NCBI RefSeq assembly: GCF_963921235.1
Contig: NC_086097.1
Span: forward strand, 165,604,001-165,668,000
Reading direction: 5' to 3'
DNA from: Mobula hypostoma
Taxonomy: Eukaryota
DNA: 64,000 nt
Shown: one piece after another, positions 48,601 to 60,805 of the stretch
Position numbering within the stretch: position 1 is the first letter of the stretch
How the letters are laid out: every line of letters begins with the position of its first letter
Translations under genes and position numbers: made by a program
The notes under the pieces: model-generated
Databases searched by the model: none
Seen by the model: only the letters and a program-made list of their open reading frames with translations
What the model was told of the DNA's origin: nothing

Positions 48601-50216
48601 ATTTCAGACAACATCGACGATCCCCCCCCCCCCCCAGATGCTGCTCAATTCAGAGACGTAAATGTGCAGAACGGCAACTGCAACAGCGACAGGTGCAGCT
48701 AGTGACAATGGGGGTCTTTGTGCTTACTTTACGGCACAGCAACGGGCCGTTCTGGCCCAACAAACCCACGCCCCCTATGACACCCATATGCATGACGAGA
48801 GTCCTTGGCGAGGATGGTTTTGGACCCAAATGCTGGAGTATCCGAGGCTAAGATTGAGACACGGAATAAAACTGGGTCAAGAACTGAGCAGGAAACAAAA
48901 CATTAGATGATATCTCCATTTGGGCTTACATTTGACCACTGCGGCTCTGTTCAGGTGCTCTTTAAATACTTAATTTCAGGCACCAAAAACATGATTGTCA
49001 ATTAGCAGGATGGTCCTGAATCTTTATAGTGGCTGCACCAGCTAGCCATTTTCCGCAGAGTTACAGCATCTAAACTCCGGAAGGCTGGTGTGGTTGTGTG
49101 CGTGTTGTAACAGGACCCCCTCTCAGCATCCAATCCAACTTACGAGCTGTCTACCTCCATGATGAAGGGAAGGTCTGGGTTAGGTGCAACCAAAAAAGGA
49201 GCTGTGATGAACTGCTGTTTGAGCTCTGCAAAAGCAGCCTCCGCTTCAGTAGTCCAAACAAAAGGGCCTGTGGTTCTCTTGGTTAGTGCTGTCAGGTGAT
49301 GAACTTTTGGTAAAAGTTGGTAAATCCTAGGAACTGGAACTGTTGGACTTGTTTCACACTGGATGGTTGTGGCCAATCTCTGACTGCTTGCTCCTTACTA
49401 GGGTCTATCCTGAGATTGCCGTTTGAGATGATGAAACCTAAAAATTGAGTGGTGGTTATGTGAAATTCAGACTTCTCCAGCTTGACATAAAGTCTATGAT
49501 CACGAAGTCTCCTTAGGATATCTCCTCTATGGACTTCGAGAAAATTAGGCTGTCATCCAAGTAGATGAAGCCATACTTACGGAGAGCCTCCCTGGGCACG
49601 TTGTTTATAAAAGCCTGGAAAACTGCTGACGCGCTCACAAGGACGATGGGCATGACCAGGTACTCACAATGCCCTGTCGATGTGTTGAATGCTGTCTTCC
49701 ACTCGTCACCCTCCTTTATGCAAATTACAAGTCTAGCCTCAAGAATCGTCTTGCCCCTTGGAGAATCTTGAAGGCCATGTTCAGGCATTGAAGAAGATAA
49801 TGATTTTTGACTGTTAAGCGATTCAGTGCTCTATAATAAATACATGGCTGCAGGCTCCTGCCCTTTATCTGTACAAAAAAGAAACCAGTACCACCTGGAG
49901 AGGTGAATGGCCAAATGAATCCCAGGGCAAGAGCTCCTCCATTGCGCTGCTCTCCAGACCTGAGAGTGCATGTAGTCGACCCCAATGAGGACATGTCCCA
50001 GGCAGTAGATATATAGCTCAGTGATAGGTTCAGTGCAGTGGAAGAGTTGAGGCCTTTCCTTGCTGAAGACCTCTTCCAAATCCTTGTTGAAGGAAGGGAT
50101 TTCTACAAAATTGGGTGCTGCAATTACCCCCGAACATCCTCTGAGGAGACTCCTGAGGCTCATATAGTGGGGGTGATTCAGCAGACTCCAGAGTCTTCTC
50201 CATGGGTTCACAAGAG

Positions 50217-53200
50217 CATAAGACATAGGAGCAGAATTAGGCCATTCAGCCTATCGAAGCTGCTCTGCCATTCCATCATGGCTGATCACAGATCCCACTC
50301 AACCCCATACACCTGACTTCTCGCCATATCCTTTGATGCTCTGACCAATCAGGAAACTATCAACTTCCACCTTAAATACAGGTTTCCCCTGCCATCCGAA
50401 GGTAGAGCGTTCCTATGAAACAGCTCATAAGCCGAAATGTCGTAAAGCGAAGAAGCAATTACCATTTATTTATATGGAAAAATTCTGTGAGCATTCGCAG
50501 ACCCAAAAATAACCTACCAAGTCATGCTAAATAACACATAAAACCTAAAATTACAGTAACATATAGTAAAAACAGGAATGATATGATAAATACACAACCT
50601 ATATAAAGTAGAAATACTTCTCCACAATCATTACTGCACTGTTCTCCGTAGCGAAAATCTCACGCAAGCGCTGTTGGCAAAAACACGGCGCAAGCGCTCT
50701 CCAGTAACCTTTAAGCTATGAAGCTGCCAAATCATACCAAATAACACGTAAAAATACACAGCCTATATAAAGTAGAAATAATGTATGTACAGTGTAGTAT
50801 CACTTACCGGAATTGGTTCAGCGCTGAGCACACGGATGATGGTGTGTTAGGCTGAGTCGGAGTTTGGGTGGTCCAGTGGCCCCCACCCTCCAGGCCGCCA
50901 AGCGATACATTGCTGTGAAGAACGCAGGGGTCCAGCGGTAGCTGGGAGGCACACAGCACATCTTTAAGAAAAAAGCCGAAATAAACATGCTAATTAATTA
51001 GGTGCCGCCCGGCACATAATTGTCGGCCCAGATCAGTGCCAATTTCCGATTGCATCATCTCTGATCTGGGCCGACAATTATGTGTCAGCGGCGCCTAATT
51101 AATTAGCATGTTTATTTCGGCTTTTTTCTTGAAGATGTGCTGTGTACTTCCTGGCTACCGTTGCATTCTCCATGAATCGATATCTGTCTGTGGCCTGGGG
51201 GTTGGGGTGGTGGGACACCGGGGTGTCATCTCGTCATCGTCTGTTTCCATTAGAGCAGGCAGCTCATCTTCTTCTATCTCTGCCCGCCTCAATGTCGAAG
51301 GTCAAGGTTCGTCGTCTGCTGTGGCTGATGTGGAAGGCTTGCTTGACAGCTGAGCCTCACGCATTTTTCTATCACACAGTTCTTTGTAAGGACTCAAACC
51401 ATCCTGCAAATATCCCCTAAACCGACATACCCTTTCAAAATTAAAGTCGTACTTTATCATTACTGATTCGGTTTCGATTGTTATCCTTTTTTCTTCCAAT
51501 TGCATCAGCTCTTCATCTGTCAGTTCTTGGTCATGGGATGCCAAAACCTCTTCAACATCATGTTCGTCAGCTTCCACAAGCCAAACTCATGTTGTCCTTA
51601 CTTCGTTCACCACGATCAAAACGCTTAATTATGTCTAGTTTTACGCTAAGTGTAACACCCTTACGAGCTCTTTTAGGCTTTTCCGATACCTTAGAACTCA
51701 TCTTGCAAACGGCTGCTCACAGGCATATGTTTAAGCAATGCCGGCGAGAATGCAGTTCTGAATCCGGGGAGAGTGGCTGCTCGGGGGTGCGCTGCCTTTT
51801 ATCGCGCGCTGATTTTTTTTCGTAACAGTGAAAACACCTACTGAAAGTGAAAACAGGGTACTAATGTAGGTCTTTCATAACAGTGAGGTTTCGTAAAGCG
51901 AACGTTTGAAAAGCGGGGGACACCTGTATACCAACAAACTTGGCTTCTACCGCAGTCTGTGGTAGAGCATCCCACAGATTAATTACTCTCTGGCTACAAA
52001 AATTCCTCCGTTCTGAAAGGTTGCCCCTCACTTTTGAGGCTGTGTCCTCCAGTTCTGGTTGCTCCCACCATGGGAAACGTCTTCTCCATATCCACCTTAT
52101 CAATATCCAGTCCTTAAGATCTCCTTGCATTCTTCAAAATTCCAGTGAGTACAGGCCCAAAGCTGCCAAATGCTCCTCATATGTTAATCCCTTCATTCCC
52201 GGAATAATCCTCATGAACCTCCTCTGGACTCTCTCCCAATGACAACATATCCTTTCTGAGCTATGGGGCCCAAAACTGTTGACAATACTCCAAGAGCGGC
52301 CTGACTAATGTCTTATAAAGGCTCAGAATTATCTCCTTGCTTTTATATTCCCCTTGAAATAAACGCTAACATTGAATTTGCTGCCTTTACTACAGACTCA
52401 ACCTGTAAATTAACCTTCTGGGAGTCTTGCATGAGGACTTCTAAGTCCCTCTGCACCTCTGATGTCTGAACCTTCTCCCCATCTAGATAATCGCACTATC
52501 ATACATTTCCGAACACTGGATTCCATCTGCCACTTTTTTTGCCCATTCTAACAATTTGTTTCGACCTTGCTGCAATCGCATTGCTTCCTCAGCACTACTT
52601 GCCCTTCCACCAACCTTGTATCATCCACAAACTTTGCCAAAAGCTATCAATTCCATTAAAAAAACACTGACAAACAATATGAAAAGTAGTGGTCCCAATA
52701 CTGACCCCTGAGGAACATCACTAGTCACTGGCAACCAACCAGAAAAGGTCCCCTTTATTCCCACTCACTGCCTCCTGCCTGTCAGCCATTCCTCTTCCAT
52801 GCCAGTATCTTTCCTGTAACACTATATCTTGTTAAACAGCCTCGTGTGTGGTGCCTTTACAAATGCCTTCTGAAAATCCAAGTAAATGACATCCACTGCC
52901 TTTCCTTTGTCCACCGTACTTGTTACTTTCTTGAAGAACTCTAACAGATTTGTCAGGCAAGATTTCCCTTTACGGAAACCATGCTGATGTTGACTCATTT
53001 TATCATTAGTCTCCATCCTTAATAATAGACTCCAACACTTTCCCAGCCACTGAGGTTAGGCTAACTGGCATATCATTTCCTTTCTTTTGCCTTCTTCCCT
53101 TCTTAAAGAGTGGAGTGACATTTGTAATTTTCCAGTCTCCCGGGACCATGCCAGAATTAAGTGATTCTTAAAATGCATCCGTCAACTCTTCAGCAACCTT

Positions 53201-53455
53201 TCTCAGGACTCTGCGATGTAGTCCATTTGGTCCAGGTGACTTATCCACTTTAAGATCTTTCAGTTTGCCTTGCACTTTTTTTTTGTAATAGCAATGGCAC
53301 TCACTCCTGCTCCTTTTTATTGCATTTTAAAAGCTTCCCAATCATCCAACATCCCCACCACTTTTGCTACCTTATATGCCCTTTCCTTGGCCTTTGTGTA
53401 GTCCTTAACTTCCCTTGTCAGCCATGGTTGTCTATACCTGCCATTTGAGAACAAT
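50217..53455 (-). mobile_element. Degraded CR1 LINE inserted in the Gypsy element
   Basis: Peptides QHGFRKGKSCLTNLLEFF..VDVIYLDFQKAF and QPWLTREVK; 3' tail ctcctatgtcttatg at ~50217-50230. Confidence 0.85.
50379..51926 (-). mobile_element. Tigger/pogo non-autonomous DNA transposon inserted in the CR1
   Basis: TA on both flanks; TIR caggt(t/g)tcccc; transposase C-terminal remnant DEHDVEEVLASHDQELTDEELMQLE; the CR1 resumes at 51929. Confidence 0.88.
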
Positions 53456-53832
53456 AACCTCTGTGGGAACTGGAGCTCTTGGAAGATGTCCTGGCTCTCC
53501 TTGCAACTCTGGTTTCCTCCTTGTGGAAGTTGACAAACAGCTAGCTGGAGGTTGTGTATCTCCAGGCTCTGTCTGGAAATCTTGCCCTGGCTGGCCACAG
53601 TGGACAAAAGACTCTGATACCCCGCTGGGTCCATACAGTCTTAATTGTACTGTGACGAGATGAGGAAGGTTTGATCCCAAATGTTGCAGTATCTGGGGCT
53701 AGGATCAAGACACGGAATAAAACTCTTGAGAACTGAGCACAAAAGGAAATGCTAGACGATATCTCTGTTTGAGTTTACAATTGAGCACTGAGGCTCTGTT
53801 CAGGTGCTTTTTAAATACTCAATTCTTGGTGC

Positions 53833-54811
53833 ATAAAGGAGGTGCATAGCAGGTATAGATAGAAAGGAACAAATACATGAGGTTGTTATGGAGTATAAGA
53901 AATGCAAAAGAACACTTTGGAAAGGAAGGAGGAGGACTAAAAGAAGGCATGAGGTTGCCCTAGCAGACAAGCTGAAGGAGAATCCAAAGGGAATCTACAG
54001 AAATGTTAAGAGCAAAAGGATTGCAAGGAACAAAATTGGTCCTCTGGAAGATCAGAATGGTAATCTGATCCAAAAGAGCCAAAAGAGATGGGGGATACTG
54101 TAAGCAGATTTTTTTGCATCTGTATTTACTCAGGAGACAGACACAGAGTCTATAGAAGTGAGGCAAAGCAGCAGCAAGATCATGGACCCTATACAGATCA
54201 TAGAAGAGGATGTTGTTTGCTGTCTTGAGGCAAATTAGGCTGGATGCCCCAAGGCATTTGCATTTGCCTCCCAAGGACTGACAAGATGTTCCCTCAAATC
54301 CTTGGGAGGCAAATGCAGAAATTGTAGGGGTTCTAACAGAGATATTTAAATCATCCTTAGAGTCAAGTGACGTTCCCGAGGATTGGAGGATATGATTGTG
54401 TTACAACTTGAAATTTAATAGGGAGAAGGTAAGGTCTGATGTAGCAGTATTTCAGTGAAGTAAGGGAAATTAAAGTGGTATGAAAGAGGAGTTTCCCAAA
54501 GCAAGTTGGAAGGAGATGCTGGCTGGGATGTCAGCAGAGCAGAAATGACGCGAGTTTCTGGGAAAAATGAGGAAGGTGCAGGATAGATGTATTCCAAAAA
54601 AAAAGCTCCAATTGCAAAATAGTACGACCATGGCTGACAAGGGAAGTCAAAGCTAATGTCAAAGCAAAAGAGAGGGCATACAACAAAGCAAAAATTAGTG
54701 GAGATATAGAGGATTGGGAAGCTTTTAAAAACCCACAGAGAGCAACTAGAAGAATCATTAGGAGGGAAAAGATGAAATATGAAAGCAAGCTAGCAAATAA
54801 TATCAAAGTGG
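53833..54811 (+). mobile_element. Two adjoining CR1 ORF2 fragments
   Basis: Peptide RRHEVALADKLKENPKG; second fragment RPWLTREVKANVKAKERAYN. Confidence 0.75.
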
Positions 54812-57800
54812 TATTAGGGAAGGTTTGCTAGCGCTGCTCCGGGGTGTTTAAACTAGATTTGCGGGGGAGGGGAACCAGAGTGTTAGAGCAGATAGTGAGG
54901 TGGAGGAGGATAAAGGTCATGCGAGAACTGCAAGTATAGTGCATGGAGTAAAGCCAGATCTAACGTATAAAGAGGCTTTGAGGAAAGAGAAGCAGAATAA
55001 AGGGTGTAAAGGTAGTAAGGTAGAAGGGCTAAAGTGCGTGCACTTCAATGCAAGAAGCATCAAGAACAAAGGTGATGAACTGAGGGCTTGGATACATACA
55101 TGGAATTATGATGTAGTGGCCATTACAGAGACTTGGCTGGCACCAGGGCAGGAATGGATTCTCAATATTCCTGGATTTCAGTGCTTAAAAAGGGATAGAG
55201 AGGGGGGAAAAGGAGAGGAGGGATGGCATTACTGGTCAGGGATACTATTACAGCTACAGAAAGGGTGGGTAATGTAGCAGGATCCTCTTTTGAGTCAGTA
55301 TGGGTAGAAGTCAGGAACAGGAAGGGAGCAGTTACTCTATTGGGAGTATTCTATAGGCCCCCTGGTAGCAGCAGAGATGCCGAGGAGCAGATTAGAAGGC
55401 AGTTTTTGGAAAGGTGCAAAAATAACAGGGTTGTTATCATGGGTGACTTTAATTTCCCTAATACTGATTGGCACCTGATTAGTTCCAATGGTTTAGACGG
55501 GGCAGAGTTTGTTAAGTGTGTCCAGGACAGATTCCTGTCACAATATGTTGACAGGCCGACTAGGAGGAATGCCAGCAACACACATCAAAGTTGCTGATGA
55601 ACGCAGCAGGCCAGGCAGCATCTCTAGGATGAGGTACAGTCAACGTTTCGGGCCGAAACCCTTCGTCAGGACTCGGCCTGAAACGTCGACTGTACCTCAT
55701 CCTAGAGATGCTGCCTGGCCTGCTGCATTCACCAGCAACTTTGATGTGCGTTGCTTGAATTTCCAGCATCTGCAGAGTTCCTCATGTAGGGGGAATGCCA
55801 TACTAGATCTAGTATTAGGAAACGAACCGGGTCAGGTCACAGATCTCTCAGTGGATGAGCATCTGGGGGACAGTGACCACTGCTCCCTGGCCTTTAATAT
55901 TATCGTGGAAAAGGATAGAATCAGAGAGGACAGGAAAATTTTTAATTGGGGAAGGGCAAATTATGAGGCTATAAGGCTAGAACTTGCAGGTGTGAATTGG
56001 GATGATGTTTTTGCAGGGAAATGTACTATGGACATGTGGTCGATGTCTAGGGATCTCTTGCTGGATGTTAGGGATAAATTTGTCACAGTGAGGAAGATAA
56101 AGAGTGGTAGGGTGAAGGAATCATGGGTGACTAGTAAGGTGGAAAATCTAGTCAGGTGGAAGAAGGCAGCATACATGAGGTTTAGGAAGCAAGGATCAGA
56201 TGGGTCTATTGAGGAATATAGGGTAGCAAGAAAGGAGCTTAAGAAGCTGAGAAGAGCAAGAAGGGGGCATGAGAAGGCCTTGGCAAGTAGGGTAAAGGAA
56301 AACCCCAAGGCATTCTTCAATTATGTGAAGAATAAAATGGTGACAGGAGTGAAGGTAGGACCAATTAGAGATAAAGGCGGGAAGATGTGGAGGTTGTGGA
56401 AATGAGTGAGGTCCTCAATGAATACTTCTCTTTGGTATTCACCAATGAGAGGGAACTTGATGAAGGTGAGGACAATATGAGTGAGGTTGATGTTCTGGAG
56501 CATGTTGATATTAAGGGAGAGGAGGTGTTGGAGTTGTTAAAATACATTTGGACAGATAAGTCCCTGGGGCCTGATGGAATATTCCCCAGGCTGCTCCATG
56601 AGACGAGGGAAGAGATTGCTGAGCCTCTGGCTAGGACCTTTATGTCCTCATTGTCCATGAGAATGGTACTGGAGGATTGGAGGGAGGTGAATGTTGTCCC
56701 CCTGTTCACAAAAGGTAGTAGGGATAGTCTGGGTAATTATAGACCTGTGAGCCTTACGTCTGTGGTGGGATAGCTGTTGGAAAAGATTCTTAGAGATAGG
56801 ATCTATGGGCATTTAGAGAATCATGGTCTGATCAGGGACAGTCAGCATGGCTTTGTGAAGGGCAGATCGTGTCTAACAAGCCTGATAGAGTTCTTTGAGG
56901 AGGTGACCAGGCATATTGATGAGGGTAGTGTAGTGGATGTGATCTACATGGATTTTAGTAAGGCATTTGACAAGGTTCCACGCGGTAGGCTTATTCAAAA
57001 AGTCAGAAGGCATGGGATCCTGGGAAGTTTGGCCAGGTGGATTCAGAATTGGCTTGCCTGCAGAAGGCAGAGGGTGGTGGTGGAGGGAGTACATTCAGAT
57101 TGGAGGATTGTGACTAGTGGTGTCCCATAAGGATCGGTTCTGAGACCTCTGCTTTTCGTGATTTTTATTAATGACCTGGATGTGGGGGTAGAAGGGTGGG
57201 TTGGCAAGTTTGCAGACGTAACAAAAGTTGGTGGTGTTGTGGATAGTGTAGAGGATTGTCGAAGATTGCAGAGAGACATTGATAAGATGCAGAAGTGGAC
57301 TGAGAAGTGGCAGAAAGAGTTCAACCCAGAGAAATGTGAGGTGGTACACTTTGGAAGGACAAACTCCAAGGCAGAGTACAAAGTAAATGGTAGGGTACTT
57401 GGTAGTGTGGAGGAGCAGAGGGATCTGGGGGTACATGTCCACAGATCCCTGAAAATTACCTCACAGGTGGATAGGGTAGTTAAGAAAGCTTATGGGGTGT
57501 TAGCTTCCATAAGTCGAGAGATAGAGTTTAAGAGTCACGGGGTAATGATGCAGCTCTATAAAACTCTGGTTAGGCCACACTTGGAGTACTGTGTCCAGTT
57601 CTGGTCGCCTCACTATAGGAAGGATGTGGAGGCATTGGAAAGGGTACAGAAGAGATCTACCATGATGCTGCCTGGTTTAGAGAGTATGGATTATGATCAG
57701 AGATTAAGGGAGCTAGGGCTTTACTATTTGGAGAGAAGGAGGATGAGAGGAGACATGATAGAGGTATACAAGATATTAAGAGGAATAGATAGAGTGGACA

Positions 57801-58110
57801 GCCAGCGCCTCTTCCCCAGGGCACCGCTGCTCAATACAAGAGGACATGGCTTTAAGGTAAGGGGTGGGAAGTTCAAGGGGGATATTAGAGGAAGGTTTTT
57901 TACTCGGAGAGTGGTTGGTGCGTGGAATGCACTGCCTGAGTCAGTGGTGGAGGCAGATACACTGGTGAAATTTAAGAGACTGCTAGACAGGTATATGGAG
58001 GAATTTAAGGTGGGGGAGGGGTTATATGGGAGGTTGGGTTTAAGGGTCGGCACAACATTGTGGGCTGAAGGGTCTGTACTGTGCTGTACTATTCTATGTT
58101 TTATGTTCTA
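54812..58110 (+). mobile_element. Relatively young CR1 LINE with a near-complete but disrupted ORF2
   Basis: EN motifs (HFNARSI, AITETW, FYRPP, GDFNFP, LDLV, SDH) and RT in ORFs 54900-58111; broken by a few stops/frameshifts and a PLE insert; ttctatg tail. Confidence 0.92.
55575..55786. mobile_element. 212-bp palindromic PLE terminal-repeat insertion inside the CR1 endonuclease
   Basis: Near-perfect inverted arms; 14-bp TSD TAGG(A/G)GGAATGCCA (55561-55574 / 55787-55800). Confidence 0.92.
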
Positions 58111-58933
58111 GGAGAATGGGCAAGAAAGTGGCAAATGAAATACAATGTTGGAAAATGCATGGTCATGCACTTAAATGTGCAGACTATTTTCTAAACGGGG
58201 AGAAAATCTAAAAATTGGAGATGCAAATGGACCTAGGAGTCCTTGTGCAGAATACCCCAAAGGTTAACCTGCAGGTTGACTTGGTGGTGAGAAAGGCAAA
58301 TGCAATGTTAGCATTAATTTCAAGAGGTCTAGAATACAAGAGCAGGGATGTGTTGCTGGGGCTTTATAAGGCACTGGTGAGGCCTCACCTTGAGAATTGT
58401 GAACAGTTTCACATTTCAGAAAGGATGTGCTGGCATTGGAGATGGTTCAGAGGAGGTTCACAGGGTTGATTCCGGGAATGAAATGGTTATCATATGAGGA
58501 ATGTTTGATGGCTCTGGGTCTGTACTCACTGGAATTCAGAAGGGTGAGAGGGGAAGGGATCTCACTGAAACCTTATGAATGTTGAAAGGCCTGAACAGAC
58601 TAGATGGGGAAAGGGTGTTTCCCATGATGCGGGAGTCTAGGACAAGAGGGCACAGACTCAGGATTGAGGGGCATCTATTTAAAACAGAGATGTGGAGAAA
58701 TTCCTTTAGCCAGAGGATGATGATTTTGTGGAATTTGTTAACACAGGTATCTATGGAGGCCAGGTCATTGGGTGTATTTAAGGCAGAGTTTGATTGGACA
58801 TGGCATTAAGGTTACGGGGAGAAGGCCGGGGAGGGGGGGCTGAGGTGGGGCTAAAGGATCAGCCATAATTGAATGGCGGGGCAGACTCAATGGACCAAAT
58901 GGCCTAATTCTGCTCCTATATCTTATGGTCTTA
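58111..58933 (+). mobile_element. CR1 3' fragment
   Basis: Peptide LYKALVRPHLENCEQF; tail ctcctatatcttatggtctta. Confidence 0.85.
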
Positions 58934-58934
58934 T

Positions 58935-60030
58935 ATTAAACAAACTGTGCAAATGCAGATATATATAAATAGCAATAAATAATGGGCATGAAATAACAAT
59001 ATAACAGAGTCCTTAAATGAGTGTAGCTCTCCCCTTTTGTGTTGAGCCTGATGGTGGAGGGGTAGTGATTGTTCTTGAACCTGTTGGTGTGAGTCCCGAG
59101 GCACCTGTTCCTTCTACCTGATGGCAGCAGTGAGAAAAGAGCATGGCCTGGATGGTGAGGATCTTTGATGATGGGTGCTGCTTTTCTACAGTAATGTTTC
59201 ATGTAGATGTGCTCAGTGGTTGAGAGGGCTTTACCCGTGATGTACTGGGCAAAATGCACTAGCTTTTGTAGGATTTTCCATTCAAGGGCTTTGGTGTTCT
59301 GTACCAGGCTGTAATGCAGCCAGTCAACACACTTTTCACCATGCATCAAAAGAAATTTCCCAACGTTTTCGATAACATGCCAAACCTCCGCAGACTCCGG
59401 ATGAAGTGGTGGGGCTATTGTGCTTGCTTTGCAATAATATTTATATGATGTGTTCAAGACAGGTCCTCTGAGATAGTGACACCCAGGAATTTAAAGTTAC
59501 TGACCATCTCCACCTCTGATCCTCTGATGATTACTGGCTCATGGACCTCTGGTGTCCCTCTCCTGAAGTCTACAATCAGTTTCTTGCTCTTACTGACATT
59601 GATTGAGAGGTTGTTATTATTACACCACTTAGCCAGGTTTTCAATCTCCCTCCTGTATGCTTCATCACTCCCTTTGATACAGCCTGCAACAGTGTGTCAT
59701 CAGCAAACTTGTACATGGTGTTGGAGCTGTACTTAGCCACACAGTCATAGGAGTAAAGCAAGTAGAGCAGGGGGCTAAGCACACACCCCTGCGGTGCTCC
59801 TGTACTGATGGAGATTGTGGAGGAGATATTTTTGCCAATCCAAATTGTCTGGGGTCTACAAGTGGGGAAATCCAGGATTCAATTTCACAAGGGGTTATTG
59901 AGGCCCAGGTCTTGGAGTTTACTTAGTTTTGAGGGGATTATGGTGTTAAATGCCAAGCTGTGTTCGAAAAAGTACATCCTGATGTATGCATCTTTGCTGT
60001 CTAGATATTCCAGAGTCGTGGAAGAGCCAA
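58935..60030 (-). mobile_element. L2/Rex-Babar-like LINE RT/3' fragment
   Basis: Peptides [29 protein letters not shown] and IIKDPHHPGHALFSLLPSGRR. Confidence 0.85.
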
Positions 60031-60034
60031 CAAG

Positions 60035-60400
60035 ACATCAAGATTTGACGGAGGTATGCAAAATTATGAGGGGTACAGATAGGGTAAATGCAGGCAAGCT
60101 TTTTTTGCACTGAGATTGGGTGGGAATAAAATTAGAGGTCATGTTAAAGATGAAAGGCGAAAAGTTTATGGGGAACATGAGGGGAAACTTCTTCACTCAG
60201 AAGGTTATGAGTGTGTGGAACAAACTGCCAGTACAAGTGGTCCATGCGAGTTTGACTTCAAAGTTTAGGAGAAGTTTGGATAGGTACATGGATGGTATGG
60301 TCTGGGTGCAGGTCGATGGGAGCAGGCAGTTTAAATGGTCCAGCACCGACTTCATGGCTGAACCGCCTGTTTCTGTGCTGTACTTTTCTATGACGCTCTG
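60035..60400 (+). mobile_element. CR1 3' end fragment
   Basis: Peptide KGEKFMGNMRGNFFTQKVMSVWNKLP. Confidence 0.8.
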
Positions 60401-60609
60401 AGTGAGCAGGTTTAGAAAGAGAAAGGATTTTTTAGGAAATTGTGACTATTAAGAGAGTAGTCAATGGAAGAGAGTGTTCATTTGGAGAATTAGATGCTGC
60501 AAATTAAGCAGTGACAGAGACAGCAGTAGTGGTATTGGATGAAAACAGAAGGTATTTAAATATTGGCATTCCTCATTTTGTGCCAGTGTAATGTGGCATC
60601 CACAAAATG

Positions 60610-60805
60610 CTGTAATTTACAGTGGCCAATTAACTGACCAGCCAGCACAGCGCTGGGATGTGCAAGGAAACTAGCGGATGAAATGAAAACCTATGCGGTT
60701 ACAATGGGGAATATAAACCCCACATTGACAGCACTGGAGTTGGTATTGAACCTGGATCAAGGAAGCTGTGATTTATTGGCAGCTCCTGCTGTGCTTTTGT
60801 GCCGT
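60610..60805 (-). mobile_element. Degraded V-SINE-like SINE
   Basis: Similar to the 19000-19293 element (ccaattaac..ggaaact..attgaacctggatc). Confidence 0.5.

Larger units (their letters stand above)
48791..53832 (-). mobile_element. Degraded Gypsy/Ty3 (sushi-like) LTR retrotransposon, split by CR1 and Tigger insertions
   Basis: Related LTR segments at ~48791-49112 and 53651-53832; PPT gagaggggg before TGTTACA; gag start MDPA at 53634; RT (EGDEWKTAFNTSTGHCEYLVMP..IYLDD) and RT-RNase H connection (FVWTTEAEAAF..PFIMEVDSS) at 49140-50215. Confidence 0.85.
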
